A stretch of 64,000 nucleotides of DNA. It comes from Asterias rubens. Lineage: Eukaryota. The stretch is taken from assembly GCF_902459465.1 (NCBI RefSeq), contig NC_047062.1, positions 16,864,001 through 16,928,000 of the forward strand. Reading direction: 5' to 3'. Shown piece by piece: positions 20,261-35,259 of this stretch; positions within the stretch are counted from its first letter, which is position 1; each line of letters opens with the position of its first letter. The position numbers and the translations under genes are program-made. The notes under the pieces were generated by a model, which was not told the DNA's origin, did no database searches, and saw nothing but the letters and a program-made list of their open reading frames with translations.

Positions 20261-22964
20261 ACAAAAAAAAATCTAAGTGCTTCCTGCGCAGGAATGCTTT
20301 TAGTGACTTAGTAGATAGAGTTTTGTGGATAAGTAGGAATTAAAATCCATTGTATATAGCGACTTAAACTTGAGTTGCATGACAAAGGCCTTAGATTGAA
20401 AGTATAAATTGATGGACTTCTCATCATCAAATAATGTTATGAAATGATGATACTTGTTATACAAAATTTTAATTAAAAATGACTACAACAATCGCTATTA
20501 CATGAAATATAATCCTAATTAGGATTTGAAACTTTGCATGGTGGAAATACGATATAGTAAAGGTTTGCGGTAACACCATGTAACGATAATCTCTATATGA
20601 GTTGAGGTGGTTCTGAAAAGAACCGTTGGTTTCAACTCGGTGTATAAATATAATCTTATTTCAAAAAGAATTTTAGTTTCATATCATGGAACTGTACTTT
20701 TCCAAACAGCTGCCCGAGAAAAAAACTCCATTGCACACAAATACATTGTAGCACTTCCATTAGAGATTTGGTCAAATTGAAGTGTACTGTGGCCTAAAGG
20801 GAAACACGATATCGCACATAATTTTGTAAAGGGAGCTTGCACAGGCCCAAGTCGCGTTATTGCATTTATTACTGATAAATTCTGACAGTCTGACAAGTTT
20901 GGGCTCGGGAATTAATAGCTGTACGTTTAGTACTGGCACTGATTAAAGAATCCATCTCTGACAATCAAGTTCTCTTCTTTTTTTTAATCTCGAGAGTAGA
21001 CTGTGGTTTTTCATTATGAATACAACCATTGGGAATTAATTTGAAAAAAAAAAGAAAATGCCTATCAATCATGACAAGTGGGGTGTGCTTTTATATGTAA
21101 AAGGGTTGTAATTTATTTTGGAGATACAATATATATATTTGGTTTGCAGTCACACCATGTGGGTATCTACTTGCCAGGTAGAGTTTGTTCTTTAGAGAAC
21201 TGCCTTTCTATTATTCTACTACTGCGGAGTAGATGTTCAGGAGACTTCTCAGTTCTGAAAAGAACTGTCCTGTTTTTAAACTACTAACTAGGCGGAATGT
21301 TTAGAAAATAAGCTGGGACCCACCTTACTACTTTAGCTCATAGGATCCTTATTAACTGCACAACCTTTGAGTGAGTTCTAAAATTGGTCTCAATGTTTCG
21401 ACTAGCTTGCGCTTCTCAATTCACCGACTTTTATGTGATATAACTGTGAATTCTGACTGTGTGGGGGTGTGCTATTGGTGTTAGCAACAGCACCTGATGC
21501 GACAGTCATGAATTTTTAAAACCAGGGAGGATTTTTCGATCCCCAAAGGAGGCTGTTGTTGATGGACTGAGCTAATGGGGAAGATTTATGCTGATGACTT
21601 ATTCACATACGGCGGCTACATGTATTGACGGCTCAAGTATTCCCAATACGGCTGATATCTTTGAATAGACTGTGCAATTATAGCAGGATTATTACAGCAA
21701 TTTAAGGGACCTTTGTGTTTATTGCCTTTGTGTGAAGGAGACTAATTTTCCAATTTCAAAAATGTTAAGCAGAACATAATTTTGCTTGACAGTTTTATAT
21801 CCCATTTATAGAGTAAAATGCCTGCGATATATGGGTAAAACCAAACATTTATCATATCAGGGAACCAGTCACATGTACAGTACACATTACAAGCATTACT
21901 GAGCAAATTTTATTTTATTTGTGCTTAACATTTTGATGAAATTTGGCCCAATTGTGATTGTAGGAATATTCGAAAAAAACAGAGACATAGAGCTCAATGG
22001 CAGAACTGCTAAAGAAATTCTCAAAAACAAACAGCACTGTCTGATTTTAGAAATGCAGGACACGTACATGTACACATTTATTTCTGATCTCCGATTCCAC
22101 TGAAGACACATCTTTACTAACCCGAGACCAACAACACACTCCCTTGAGCACAGGTTCCGTGATTTGAATTACTTCAGGATCTTAAAATCAGGAGATGCAT
22201 CAACACGTTCACATATGACGTGTAAGTATCATTGTTAACTGAAGTGTAACATTGCCGTTTTTCTCTAATTCAATTTGATTTCAAGCATGGATTTTTCGTT
22301 TCTACATGAAGCAGACTATATTTGAAAAAGATTCTCATTTGGGTATTTAGAGGGATTATTTAAAACATGACAGAACCACTTTTAAGGTTGAAAACCAGAT
22401 AATAGTTCTGATTAACAATCACAACCAGGGCTCGAATTAAGTGGAAAAAACCAAGACTGCATTGGCATTAATCTACGAGAAAGATCTATGCAATTTCACA
22501 TTTTATGTGTAAATTCCTTTATTTGAAGAAGCTGCAAGAGAGGACTTATCTAATTTGTTTTCATGGTACTGCTGCCTTCGACACTCAACAAAATTTATAG
22601 ATACAAGACTCAAAGTCAACTTGACTTGTCTTGAACTTGAGGTTTAAAGCTGTGAGCCACACTCGTACTTGGAAAAAGGAACAAATCCTCATTGCGAATG
22701 TTTTTGGAGGGTAGATCAGCACAATCAAACTTTTTTCCAGTACCACTGGTTATAAGACACCCGAAGTGAGGACTGAGCAGTGGTTCAGCATCGAAAGTCT
22801 ATTGAAAATAAAGACAGTTGGCAATGAAAGTTGTTTCATTGTTTACAGTTACAAATTTGTCTGAGGTCTCAGTCTTGGTCTCTGTCTCCCCTCCGTCTCA
22901 GACATTGAGCATTGAGATCTCGGTCTTTGAAGGAAATTCTTGGTATCGAACTTTGTGGTCATAA

Positions 22965-23332
22965 AGGCAGTGGACACTATTGGTAATTGTCAAAGACTAG
23001 CCTTCACAGTTGGTGTACACGTATCTCAACATGAAGCATAAAATAACAAACCTGTGAAAATTTGAGCTCAATCGGTCATCGAACTTGCGAGATAATAATG
23101 AAAGAAAAAAACACCCTTGTCACACGAAGTTGTGTGCGTTTAGATGGTTGATATCGAGATTTCAAGTTCTAAATCTGAGGTCTCGAAATCAAATTCATGG
23201 AAAACTATGGCACTTCAGAGGGAGCCGTTTCTCACAATGTTTTATACCATCAACCTCTCCTCATTACTCGTCACCAAGTAAGGTTTTATGCCAATAATTA
23301 TCTTGAGTAATTACCAATAGTGTCCGCTGCCT
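22965..23332. mobile_element. Kolobok-like MITE family A
   Basis: Same TIRs and body as 1732-2109. Confidence 0.8.
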
Positions 23333-24319
23333 TTAACTACAACACTGAAAGATACCAGAAACAATTTATGGTGTATGAATTCCAACAGGGATAAAGATTT
23401 GTTAGTATTTAAACCAGATGCAATAAGACCATTAATTAAAGTTATTTGAGCTTCTGACTCAAAATATGGCTAGCAGTGCAAATGAACATGTCTTATGCTC
23501 ATTACCTTTCACTGCCCAATTTCTTATTTCCAACTATTGCACTTCACACAAAAAACAGTAATCAGACTTTTTTCTCTTTCTTATCTACACAACGATAAAA
23601 ATACCTCTGTCTCATCGACCTGTTTACGAATTCATTTACCTTTAAATGCCCGATTCCCTATATACAACTAATGCTTTCAAAAAACAGTGACCAGATTGTT
23701 TTTCCTAAACTACACATCAATAGAAATCTTGCTGTCTCATCAACCTGTTTACGAATTCCTAAGACTCAAAGAATTTATACCATGTCTAACGCTCATGTTC
23801 AATGCCTGATTCTAGTGCTCTATAAAAACAGTGACCAGACTTTTATTTTAACTACAAATCGATACAAATCTCGCTGTCTCATCAACCTGTTTACGAATTC
23901 CGAGGACATGAAGAATTTTTTGTCTTCACCATCTTCTCCCCGTGGCGGTAGCTCAGACATCGCGTTCCTATCAAATCTAAATCTGATGCAATTGTCTTTT
24001 CTCCTCCTTATAACTCCCAGAGAGCACTCCATCTAATTATCGGCAGGATGATGGCCCAGTCATTAGATTAGAGAATAGATTGCTTTACCAGCCCCTGAGC
24101 TTCCGAGTATCGAATAGAGTTATGACTCTAGGCCACAGTACTTAGTTGTACTTCTTGGTACTAAACAAAGCCTGGGGTGAACAGGAATGACCCACTCAAA
24201 GACTCAATGCAGGGTGTTTATTCAAAACAAAGCTTAGTTTTTAAGTGCTTAAAACACCTTTTTATTTATTTATTTATTGCACACCAAACAGCACAATTAG
24301 CGCCATGACAGGATGGATG

Positions 24320-24500
24320 AGAAGTGAGAAGAAATGTTCAGTTTTAGATGTGGGGGGAAAACACCAAATGAGAAAAATCCACGCAGTCAGGTAGGGACTG
24401 AAAACCAAATCCATATGCAAGGCTCTGGTTCGAGGTGGGATTCGAGGTGGGATTCGAACCGGTGTCCACAGAGGTGAAAGGCAGGTAAAGAAAACTACAT
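24320..24500 (-). mobile_element. tRNA-derived SINE remnant with a duplicated B-box segment
   Basis: The reverse strand reads GGTTCGAATCCCACCTCGAATCCCACCTCG followed by SINE-like body sequence. Confidence 0.5.
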
Positions 24501-25419
24501 GTACACACAATGTCACAATAACTGCTCTTATACATTGTATAACGTAATTCCAGAAATGGTTATTGCACTTCACAAGCATCATACTTGTATATTTTACAAG
24601 AAAACAAACAGCAAGTCAAAGATAACAATACATAATAACAACACCATCAACAAAACACAACGAGAAACTATGGGCTTTAATAATCATAAAGACTTGTAAT
24701 GTGCACACTTGTGTTCAAGGCGCAGAAGGCTTTGAGATTACACTTGAACTTGAAGGCATCAACTCTACATGTACACTTGAATTATTTACACCGGGGGACA
24801 AGGGCATGTTTGCTGTGACTAGTACTTGAGTTGTGTAACAATCCCCAAGTTAAATAACAGACAAATGCCAACATTCTGAGCAAAGAATACATTGTTGGCA
24901 CGTCAGTGTTTGGGGGGGGGGGGGGGGGGGGTGGGCGACCCCGTTTTTATGATGAACACCCTATATCATGTTCTGTCAACCATACTTTATCTGTCAACCA
25001 TGTAGAAAATCAAAACATGTAGAAAATCAGATTGTCAAAACTGATTTCATATTACTAGAAATATTAAAGCAGTTTTGACAAACGACCGTAGAGTTATCAG
25101 CAGTGTTTGCCCTGCCAACTCGAAAGAGACGGCGAGAGACCTCGCAAACCTTCAAGCTGTTTTTGCCAATATTACCACTTTAAACACTGTAACGATTTGC
25201 CAAAAAGGAATTACTAACCAAAATGTTCCTTTTTCGCTCATAATGCAAGTATTGATTTGTATCCTTGACCTCCGTGTATCAAGAACTCACGATATGAATC
25301 TGTAGAATCGATGCCCATTTGTGTGAGTGACTGCATTAGCCATTTTGAGATGGTGAACGAATTATAAGGGTACTACTTGTATGGTTTGGACAACTCACTC
25401 TGTTACACACAAACAACAC

Positions 25420-25545
25420 AGGACCCAATTTCATGGAACTGCTTACCGCAAAATTCTGCGCTAACAATGCCCTGCAAAGCCTGCAATTCTATTGGCCTTA
25501 AGCACAGAATTCTGGGGTTAGCAGAGCCATGAAATTGGGCCCTGC
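25420..25545. mobile_element. Harbinger-like MITE (GGGCCCAATTTCAT family)
   Basis: Inverted ends GACCCAATTTCATGG and CCATGAAATTGGGCCC. Related copies or pieces occur at about 18440-18560, 36828-37005, 43205-43382 and 44023-44906. Confidence 0.6.
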
Positions 25546-25938
25546 ATAAAGCCTGTATACACAAAAACTTGCTAAGCACAAGAAAGTGTTACTTAGCAGA
25601 AACAAGTTCCCAGCCCAAATTACATTAAGTTTGCATTGTTGGGGTTCGTGCCCAACTAAAATTATGCTTTGCAAAGAAATTTGTTGAGCTGTAATTGAGC
25701 ATAGGTGCTCTCCTACATACAGTCTATAGAGTCCACCATCTCAAACATGATAAATCTTGTCCATTTGCAGAGTATAAATTTGGCTTCAATCATCAAATTT
25801 CACCACCTCATTCACAAGCCACTGGAAACATAAATCAGCGACATCGGATACTCAACATGTTGGTCAATTTCCCGCATCCTGGCGAAGATCTTGTCAGATT
25901 GTTGATATGTAGCCATCAGCAGAATGCTGTTGTATTAA

Positions 25939-26308
25939 AGGAACACGTTGCCTTGGATCGGTCGAGTTGGTCTTTGAAAAGCGTTTGTAACCGTTTGTTA
26001 TAAAATGCATATGGGTACAAAGATTGTAAAAGTAGAATACAATAATCCACACAAACATGCCTCGAAATTGCACGGTTTTCTTTTTACCTTATTGACTAAC
26101 ACGGTCGACCATTTATGGGAGTCAATTTTTTTACCGTGTTAGTTCGCAAGTATAAAAGGAAAACCACGCGATTTCGAGGCAAATTTGTGTGGATCATTGT
26201 ATTTATATTCTACTTTTAAAACACCTTTCCAACCATATGCATTTTTAAAAAAACGGTTACAAACGCTTTGTATAGACCAACTTGTCTGATCCAAGGCAAC
26301 GAGTTCCT
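25939..26308. mobile_element. Kolobok-like MITE family C
   Basis: Long TIR AGGAACACGTTGCCTTGGATC...CAAACGC; homologous to 33215-33577. Confidence 0.75.
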
Positions 26309-26869
26309 CTAAGCTTTGCCGCAGTATCATTGGAGATGGGCTTAGCAAGCCGCAACTCAAGCTGCATGTCACCCTGAATGAGTAGGTTTGAATCCTACGG
26401 CTCGCTGGGTGTCATGTGTCACTGTTTTACAGGGATAAAGTGACGCTCTTAAAATACAGGCTGTCTCCCCCAACAGCAAAACAGTATCTTCATATCAATC
26501 CTCCTAATGCATGGAGAGATGAGAGCTCAGTCTCAAATTCAGCTTATATTTTCCCTAAGCTTATCCGGCTTACTAAATCTCGTAAGAGATCAATTCAGGA
26601 TCACTTTGCACTACCTCCAGTACGCCATTTTGTCTTTATTTTTTAAGATAAATCGGAGCACAAAGTTTTGAGGTTGCCTATACACAAGTACATGTAGCTT
26701 GAGTTTCTTTTACAAGAGATTTTAACTGGAAGCCTACTGCATAGAGAAAGGGCAGGTCCTTTCTCAATGTCTACTGATTGTCAATATTCTAAGCTGGTCC
26801 TTTATTTCTGTCAACATTGTTCTAATTTAAAAATGATGAAACTTTGCTTTAACTGTCAGTGACTGTTAA

Positions 26870-27239
26870 AGCCAGAGGACACTATTGGTAAATGTCAAAG
26901 ACCCGTCTTCTCACTTGCTGTATCTCAACATATGCATAAAATAACAAACCTGTGAAAATTAGGGCTCAATCGGTCATCGGAGTCGGGAGAAAATAACGGG
27001 AAAACCCATCCCTGTTTCTGCACGTTTCGCCGTGTCATGACATGTGTTTAAAATAAATCCGGAATTCTCGCTATCGAGAATTGATAATTGTTTTAATGTT
27101 TTCTCAAAAAGTAAAGCATTTCATGGAATAATATTTCAAGAGAAGTCTTTCACTCTTACCTTCTGTAAACCCTGTAAGTTATTTGTAAATCTGTGACTTT
27201 TTTTTTTTTTTTTTTCTGTTCCGAAAGTGTATAATGGCT
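26870..27239. mobile_element. Hybrid MITE: family A left end joined to a reverse family B body
   Basis: TTAA flanks. The switch occurs in the shared core AAAATAACAAACCTGTGAAAATT..GCTCAATCGGTC. Confidence 0.75.
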
Positions 27240-27244
27240 TTAAG

Positions 27245-27335
27245 AACACAAGTTTCAAGTCCGGGACTCGAACTCACACTCTGCTGAACAGAAACACCCG
27301 ATCTTGAGTCCGGTGTGCTTATCGTCTTGGCCACG
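27245..27335 (-). mobile_element. tRNA-derived SINE head
   Basis: The reverse strand reads GTGGCCAAGACGATAAG...GAGTTCGAGTCCCGG. Confidence 0.6.
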
Positions 27336-27410
27336 TAACAATTGTCAAACAAGCCAACTGAAGGCAGTAATAATTTGAACTTTTTTATTTATTTTTTTTA
27401 TTTTATTTGA

Positions 27411-27830
<420 letters not shown>

Positions 27831-28048
27831 TTGTGTGCTTTATGCTTGATTTTGAGACCTCAAATTCTAAACTGGAGGTCTCAAAATCAAATTCGGGGAA
27901 AATTACTTCTTTCTCAAAAACTACTCCACTTCAGAGGGAGCCGTTTCTCACAATGTTTTACACTACCAACCTCTCTCCATTACTCGTTACCAAGTAAGGT
28001 TTTATGCTAATAATTATTTTGAGTAATTACCAATAGTGTCCACTGCCT
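27831..28048. mobile_element. Right half of family A MITE fused to the dynein exon
   Basis: Begins at TTGTGTGCTT in mid-element and ends GTGTCCACTGCCT followed by TTAA. Confidence 0.85.
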
Positions 28049-30053
28049 TTAACCACTTTATGTCGATATTAAACAAAAAATACCATGCCTCTGCGCAGTA
28101 TTATTGTTATTTTTTCCCCACCGGACTCTAAAAGCACTGAGCATATAGAGCTTATCACAAAAACAATAACTAAATAATACACAATTCATCGACTAGCAAG
28201 GAATCTTCACTTCCCCTTTTCTCTGTTAAAAAATAAGCCAGCATTTGCATGACATGAAAAGACACCCAGGATTTGCCAAGTGATATCAGAGAATGGCGAT
28301 CGATGGCGGTGAACCTAACGACGAGCAAAGGCCATAATATTAAGCCACTATTTGAAATCCATCCATGTCTATTTTTGTAAGTTCCGATGAGTTGATTTTT
28401 AAGGTGAAACTGAACCCTACTTGTAAATTCTTAGATTGAGTTAAGAAAAATCTTTGGTATTTGATGCACAAACTGCATGTTCATGATTTAAATGGGAACT
28501 AGTTTGTCCTCTGCAATTGTTGTAGCCTATATATTTATGCATATATTTATATATTTTTATCTTATTAGTTAATGTTTTTAAAAAAAAATGTTTATTGTAA
28601 AATCTAGAGAGCTCGGGTGCACTACAATTTCCGATGTTTTTGGTTTTTAACTTTTTAGCGTTGGCTAAATAAAAATTGTAATTCTAATGGTAATAATTCT
28701 GCAGTTTCTGACTGCAATTGCTTGGTGTTTGGAAAGAGTAATTTACCATAATTATTGCACGAATAATTTTGTGCTTTTTTTTTACCTCATCATATTCTTT
28801 GCAGCTGTCCAATCTGCAGTAATTGCCTAATCAATGATAAATCAAGTTTGTTAAATTGAATTTATTTAAAAATAATTCCATTCTATTTTTTTGTATCCAA
28901 CTAAACAAGTGCCAACTACACAATGGATAAAAATATCCACTCAAAATATTTTAAAACTGACATGTTAATTGAACTGAAAGACATTAAAACAAGAATTAAT
29001 AGAATGATACTAAAATGGGAATTGTTAAATGCGACTGGTTCCAGCAAAAGTGAAATCATTGGTGTAGAGTAATATTGTGTGATTTGTAAATTTTACCTAT
29101 ATAGCATAAAAGCTGAGCAAAACTTAATTGCAAATTTCAGGAAACTTGATTGACACTGCCTAATTGGGCAATATATTTCTCCACCAAGCATAACATTGTG
29201 TAAGGCAAGACAATATCAACTTGCTAAGAATACTAAGTGCACTTATTATGATCTATCGGGGATAGAGCCAAGTTTTGATGCAGCATTCAGGCCTAATAAC
29301 TTCAGGGAGGCAATTGTTCGCCTTCATGCCCCTACCTGGACATTGCTTTGGTGCCTCTTGAGTTGTTCACGTAGCAATTGAACACAAACTAAAAAGTTCA
29401 ATTGTACTTTGGGTTTTTTCTAGAGACAGACAATGTATATTTTTGTCAATGCTGATGAACTACATTAAACTTGCACAGTGCATGCTTGTGTCACGGCATT
29501 GATGGGGAAATATGAAATAGGTACAGTACAGTTGCTCTTCAATGTGTAACAGACTGTAGCACGCAAGTCTCACGTCTTCATCTGTATGTAATTTGACGGA
29601 CAATGTTGATTGTTCCGTTATTATTCTCCGGCAAGCATAAGCAAGTAGTTCAGATCTTATTATTATCATGACTGTACTAAGGAGCATCACACCACATGCA
29701 CTGCAGCTCAGTGCTAGGAGAGGTTATTTCGAGAGATCTCTGTCCTTGCTCTTTGATTGCACAAACAGGAAATGACTTTTAAAAACAGGATGTAGTAGAA
29801 TCAGTTTTATTATTATGTGGCTCCAATTAGTTAACTTTTTCTTGGTTTCACCAATAAATGCTTCATGATTTAAAATTTACCCGGACAGTTTTCCTTTGTG
29901 GTTTATTACTTGATATTTGAAATAAATATAGGCATCCCATCAGCATTAAGGTGATTCCATCCCTACCCAGGTTGTATTGTACACTTGGGAGTGTTCCCTA
30001 GATATATGACAGTTTGAATTGCCTCTGAATGGCAACAGAGATGCCCAGTCCAG

Positions 30054-30325
30054 AGGCCAGCTATGCGTGAGATTTTTCAAAGCTCAACCCCCCCCCCCCG
30101 GTCTGGCCCCAATGCGTGAGAAAATGGTCACTGTGCGTGTGAGCGTGAGACAGAGCCCAAATGCGTGAGTCTCACGCCTAATGCGTGAGACTTGGTAGGT
30201 CTGTGGCAATCGATAACAAAGATATTCATGAAATAGGGAGACCACCAACATAGGGCTAGATAGCGCCGGCATGTCAATCCAGAAGTTGCAGGTTCATGTT
30301 CCGTTCTAGTCATTTTTTCTTTTAG
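30054..30325. mobile_element. DNA-transposon end rich in TGCGTGAG subterminal repeats next to a degraded tRNA-SINE head
   Basis: Multiple ATGCGTGAG copies ending GACTTGGTAGGTCTG, followed by TAGATAGCGCCGGCATGTCAATCC...GGTTCATGTTCC. Confidence 0.45.
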
Positions 30326-32523
30326 CAACCGAAAATGATTTAAAATTTACCCAGTCAGTTTTTTTCTTTGTGGTTTGATACCTGACACAAAATTGTCAAT
30401 TAGGAAAAAAAAAACAGTTTCCTGTGACGTATTAATAAGGCTCTAATAGAAGATTTCCAGTTTCATAAAGGAAAAACCGACCACACCTTTTCAGAGCAAA
30501 AGAAGCCAACATTCCCACAAAAGAGATTTACACGAAGTTGTACAGACAAATTTACAGTTCTTCGTAACAAAAACAATACCACCAGGAGACACTGTGATAA
30601 AGCTAAGAGACGTGGAGGTTACTTATATTGACAAAAACATGCCGATGCTCTGCTAACTAAATTATGCAGAATATGGGTTTATACTTTGAATCAACATTGC
30701 ATGACAAACAATTACAGTATGACATTTACACTGCCAGAACAGCAGAGAGCACTAAACAAATAATTGCGTCCGACCACACTACTCTTTCAGTCAAAACAAA
30801 ACAGGTGAAAAGAGCGGGGGGGAAAAAGGAACGCCTCACGTTTCACATCACAACAATTATGCGCATACATTTTTCAAATCAGTAGGCACATCCACCGCTC
30901 TGGACAAACACTGACTTCCAATCTCAATACAAGAAGAATCTCTCCCGCTTGCTCCAACGGCTGTCCTTCCCATTTTCTTAAATTCCGCTCGGGTGAAAAG
31001 GCAATTTCCCAGCCGAAGACAAATTGAATCTGACCGAAAGTGAATTCTCCCAAGTTAATCGATGATTGACTCGGTAAGGTGTCGTGTTGAAGTGGGGGAT
31101 AGGTATACTCCCTGCACTCAGAGAGCACCAAGACTGCTGCAAATAATACAATTGACTTGCACGGTTATCGCTCAAGGTGTTTAAGTTCACTGTTCAGAGG
31201 GGGGCTGAAATGTGAATAACACTCAGTGATCGGGGAACAGATTGAGCTGGGTAAAAGAGAGACACAAGTCTGACTGGCTAATCCTACAGGTGGATGTTCT
31301 CGGAAATGAAACATGCTTTAAAGTGCAGGGGCACCTGTTCTTTGGACTTCGTTTCTCTTTTTAAGGGATGTTACATCATTGATTTTTTGAAATTGTAGTA
31401 CATTGTGTATTCAAATCTGTCTGGATTTCAAAAGAAAATGGAATACGTAAAACATTTGTTATGTCACAGGTTCGAAGGTGCGGACCAAGGGTGTAGTGAT
31501 GAGGGCGTTTCCTTTGGCAGGTTGCAAAATTGCCAACTAGCATTGTCTTTGGAGGGGGGGTGTATGGAATCAAGTTTGCCAACTTGCAGACTACCAATAT
31601 ACCCCCACTGCATTCAATAACATCAAAACAGCAATCTTAATTTGCAAATAATTCAGTGCAGAAAGAGAAAAAAATGAGACTTTACGCCACGCAAAATTAC
31701 TGATTTTGTAGTCTGGGTGACTTTGCTTCATTTGACAACTGAAGCTCAAACACCCCTCACCCATGTCACTTCACCCCTTGTAAGGTAAGGATTTAATATG
31801 GCACGCTTTATCACAACTAGCAATTCAGTATTTCCCTCCATTTTGCTACAGTCTAGACTAACTTCAGGCAAGATTTTATATCACTTTGAATGGATTGTCA
31901 TTTTTAAAGAGGTTCCCCCAAGCGATTGGGCAACATTCGTGCACATATTGGGATTGCAGTATCATTGAGTATTTAGTATCCTCTGATCACTATTCAACAG
32001 ATTTGCCAATGGCATGAATCTAGTTTCATTATTACTGATAAGAACAATACAGGATGTGCATTGAGGTCACACAAAACTAAATGACAAGACATAGGCCCTT
32101 TTTTAATAGACCTTCTTATACTTGCCCGTCATCGAATGCTGCTGCTTCACCATTTTAATTTTGAGCCAAAATAGCTGCAGTGGATTGCTTGCGCTCTTAA
32201 AGGCAAAGTATACTTTGGTTTTTGGAACTGTTTGAATGTTTCAATGTAGGGTACAATAAACTAACAAATGAATATTTTATATCAAAAGGTGGTCGCATTT
32301 TTTTCGTCAGATATCACCGAAAATCCGGAGCGAATCTGTCCACGCAGGAAGAATAATCCCTAAAAGAAATACAAACTTTGGGGGATAAGAATTGTGATAT
32401 CTTTTCCCATAACCGCAGTACTTCAAAGTAAAATGTTTCCTTAAATACATTATATTATCCAAATTTGCAGTACTTTTTGCCGTGTAAGTTTTTATTGCCG
32501 TTAATTTTCATAATATGACTCTG

Positions 32524-32880
32524 AATACATTTTGTAGGACACAAAACACAATGTCCACAGATTTACATTAAACCCACACAGTTTGAAGATAATGATGGTA
32601 GAAAGCTTCCCTTCAAATATTACTTGCTGAGGTGCTGTAGTTTGTGAGAAATGAGTAAAACAAGTCAAACAAATATATTTCGTCTCAGTGAGACGAAAAT
32701 TATTTCAGCATGTAAAACGTATTTTGTAACATATTTTTACTCATTTCTCAAAAAACACAGCACCTTAACAAACAACTAACATTTTAAGGTAAGCTTTCTC
32801 TATCATTATCTTCAAAGGGTGTAGGTTTAATGTAAATCTGTGGACATTATGTTTTGTGTTACAAAAAGTACCCAAATCCT
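32524..32880. mobile_element. MITE family D (palindromic ends ACACAAAACACAATGTCCACAGATTTACATTAAAC)
   Basis: Inverted arms; a partial homologue lies at 44421-44600. Confidence 0.65.
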
Positions 32881-33214
32881 GTAGCGATTACAACCAGCTT
32901 TTGGTTAAATGAAATTACACTCCCACACTCAAAGATAGACAGTTTTTAAGCACATCTGAAAATGGAATATTTTTTTGAGCATTATAAACAAAGGTTGCAC
33001 AAGCCAGAAGTCCAGAAGTGGTATTTTCTAGCCCTTGCATTTTTTAGTAGACAACATACGTTTATGCTTGGCTAGTGCTAATGGTGAGCCCTAATGGCAT
33101 ATAGGGGCATTGGAAACAACCTGTTCCTGAACTATACAGTGTACTTGTGAATTCGGCTGCTATGCTACACCTGAGGCTTGGAGGTTATTTCACAGGCCAA
33201 AGAATGGCTGTTAA

Positions 33215-33577
33215 AGGAACACGTTGCCTTGGATCGGCGAGTTGGTCTTTGAAAAGCGTTTGTAACCGTTTATTAGAAAATTGATATGGCTAGAAAGATG
33301 TTGTAAAAATAGAATACAATGATCTACACAAATATGCCTCAAAATTGCGTGGTTTTCGTTTTACCTCGTCGATTAACACGGTCGGCCATTTACGAGTCAA
33401 AAAGTTGACTCCCATAAATGGCCGACCGTGTTAATTGGTGACGTAAAATGAAAACCATGCAATTTTGAGTGATACTTGTGTGGATCATTATATTCTACTT
33501 TTAAAACATCTTTCCAACCATATACATTTCATAACAAACGGTTTCAAACGCTTTTTTATAGAAGGCAACGTGTTCCT
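33215..33577. mobile_element. Kolobok-like MITE family C
   Basis: TTAA flanks and the same TIR as 25939-26308. Confidence 0.75.
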
Positions 33578-35259
33578 TTAAAAGGCTGTGATATTGCAAT
33601 GTTGCTGAAATTTCATTGAGTGTCCTCCAGATAGATGGATTGATCGATAGGGTTGAGGGGGGAGGGGGGAATTCTGAATCCACTAATCCATGGATGATGA
33701 TCATGTAGTCCAACATTGTGACTCAAGGTTTTAGCCAGGTTTTGGTAAAAGCATAGTAAAAGGGTGTCCAAATTAGGAAACCTTCTTTTTAATTTAGACA
33801 CCATGTTTCCACATGTATGCAAATATAAATGTATTGTAAGTAAACACCAAGTTGGACACCAAGTTTTTTAATTTCAAGCAAATTTGGACACCCTTTTAGC
33901 AAATTCTTGCTAAAACCTTGCTGGAAAGCGGGTGGAAGGGTTGTCTAATCACAGTACATGTGTAGGTCATGAACTGAAAAATAAAGTCTCATTCTTAAAA
34001 GTTTGATTATAAGTCTCCTGTGGCACTGGCAATCACATATCCCTACTGGAATCAAAGTGACAATGTTATAGTACCTAGCTCTATGCTTTATCCCTCCAGA
34101 CCTCAGCCAACATGACAACACCAGATCTGGTTTCACTAATTGGCCTTCAGGCAATATACAACCAATACAACCAGTCTGATCTGTAAAGTAGTTTGGCGCC
34201 TTTGTGTTTTAATTTGACGTACCAGATATTACAGCTCCGGATATGTATAGTTTTCCCCACATGTCAATATTTGGTCATCAATTTAGCTTAAACACTGTTG
34301 GTCAATATTAACATCCATTTAAAATTCTAATTTGGTCTAAATTCTTTTATAAAACCATAAATTCTAATTTGGTCCGTCTAAATTCTTTGTGGTTTATATT
34401 AAATTCTTTTCAAAAACCATTTCGAAGGTGGGTTTTATTATTTTCAATTAAATTGTGAGAGTTATCGATTATCGGAAGCTACTTGCTCAAGGGCAACAGT
34501 GTTCAAATCACTCTTCAAGTTCCTATCAGCAATATCTGTATTTTTGTACTTTGTCTTGTTCTTTTGTTGTTCAATACTGATGAATAATATTGAAGAATGA
34601 TTAAATGTAATAGCTTTTAGTAAAAGTGGTGATTCGTTGTAAACAAACTGAACTTTTCTGCTTTTGCAATTATGTACTTAAACATAAACTTTCCATGAAA
34701 TGAAGACTCTTAAAGACATACTATAGTGAAGAGACTTGATCAATGTTTCAGGTTTCGACACATGGTTTGAAGGCATTGAGTCTATTAAATAAAATATTCC
34801 ACAATATTCATAGACTTTAATGCCATAAAATATAATTCAATTATCTAGATTAAATACATTTGTTATTGGTTTCCGTATGTAACTGCATAAATTAAACCCA
34901 GAATCACTAAGGTCTAACATTAACAAGCCTGTTTGAACTGTCAAGCTCTGTTGTGTTATACAAAAAAATCAATCCATTTCTCTTCATCAAATCTGTTCAG
35001 TCTACTTTTACACTGCCCAATGCAAAATCAGTTTTTGTTGTTGTTTTATTTTGCTGCACATGTATTAAATTTGCTGGATGAGTCGAAAAACTTCAAGCCA
35101 ACTCCCGAGCAGGATCAGGTCGACATGGATCAAGTGCTCTCTACACAAGATGAAAAGGTCAGACAAACCTTCATGGGTTAGACCTAGTACAAACACTGAG
35201 ATTTTGTTGTAGTATTCACTAGCTTTCATTGTTAGTTAGTTGGTGACAATCCTGTTTAA

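Noticed and set aside
29336-29419. Possible phase 0-0 minus-strand exon KKPKVQ...QLLREQLKRHQSNVQ
   Set aside because: Weak acceptor context and no partner exons identified; likely chance.
30874-31200. Exon-like GC-richer segment with 70-85 aa ORFs
   Set aside because: All plus frames between the plausible splice sites contain stops and no family match was recognised. It may be non-coding transcript.
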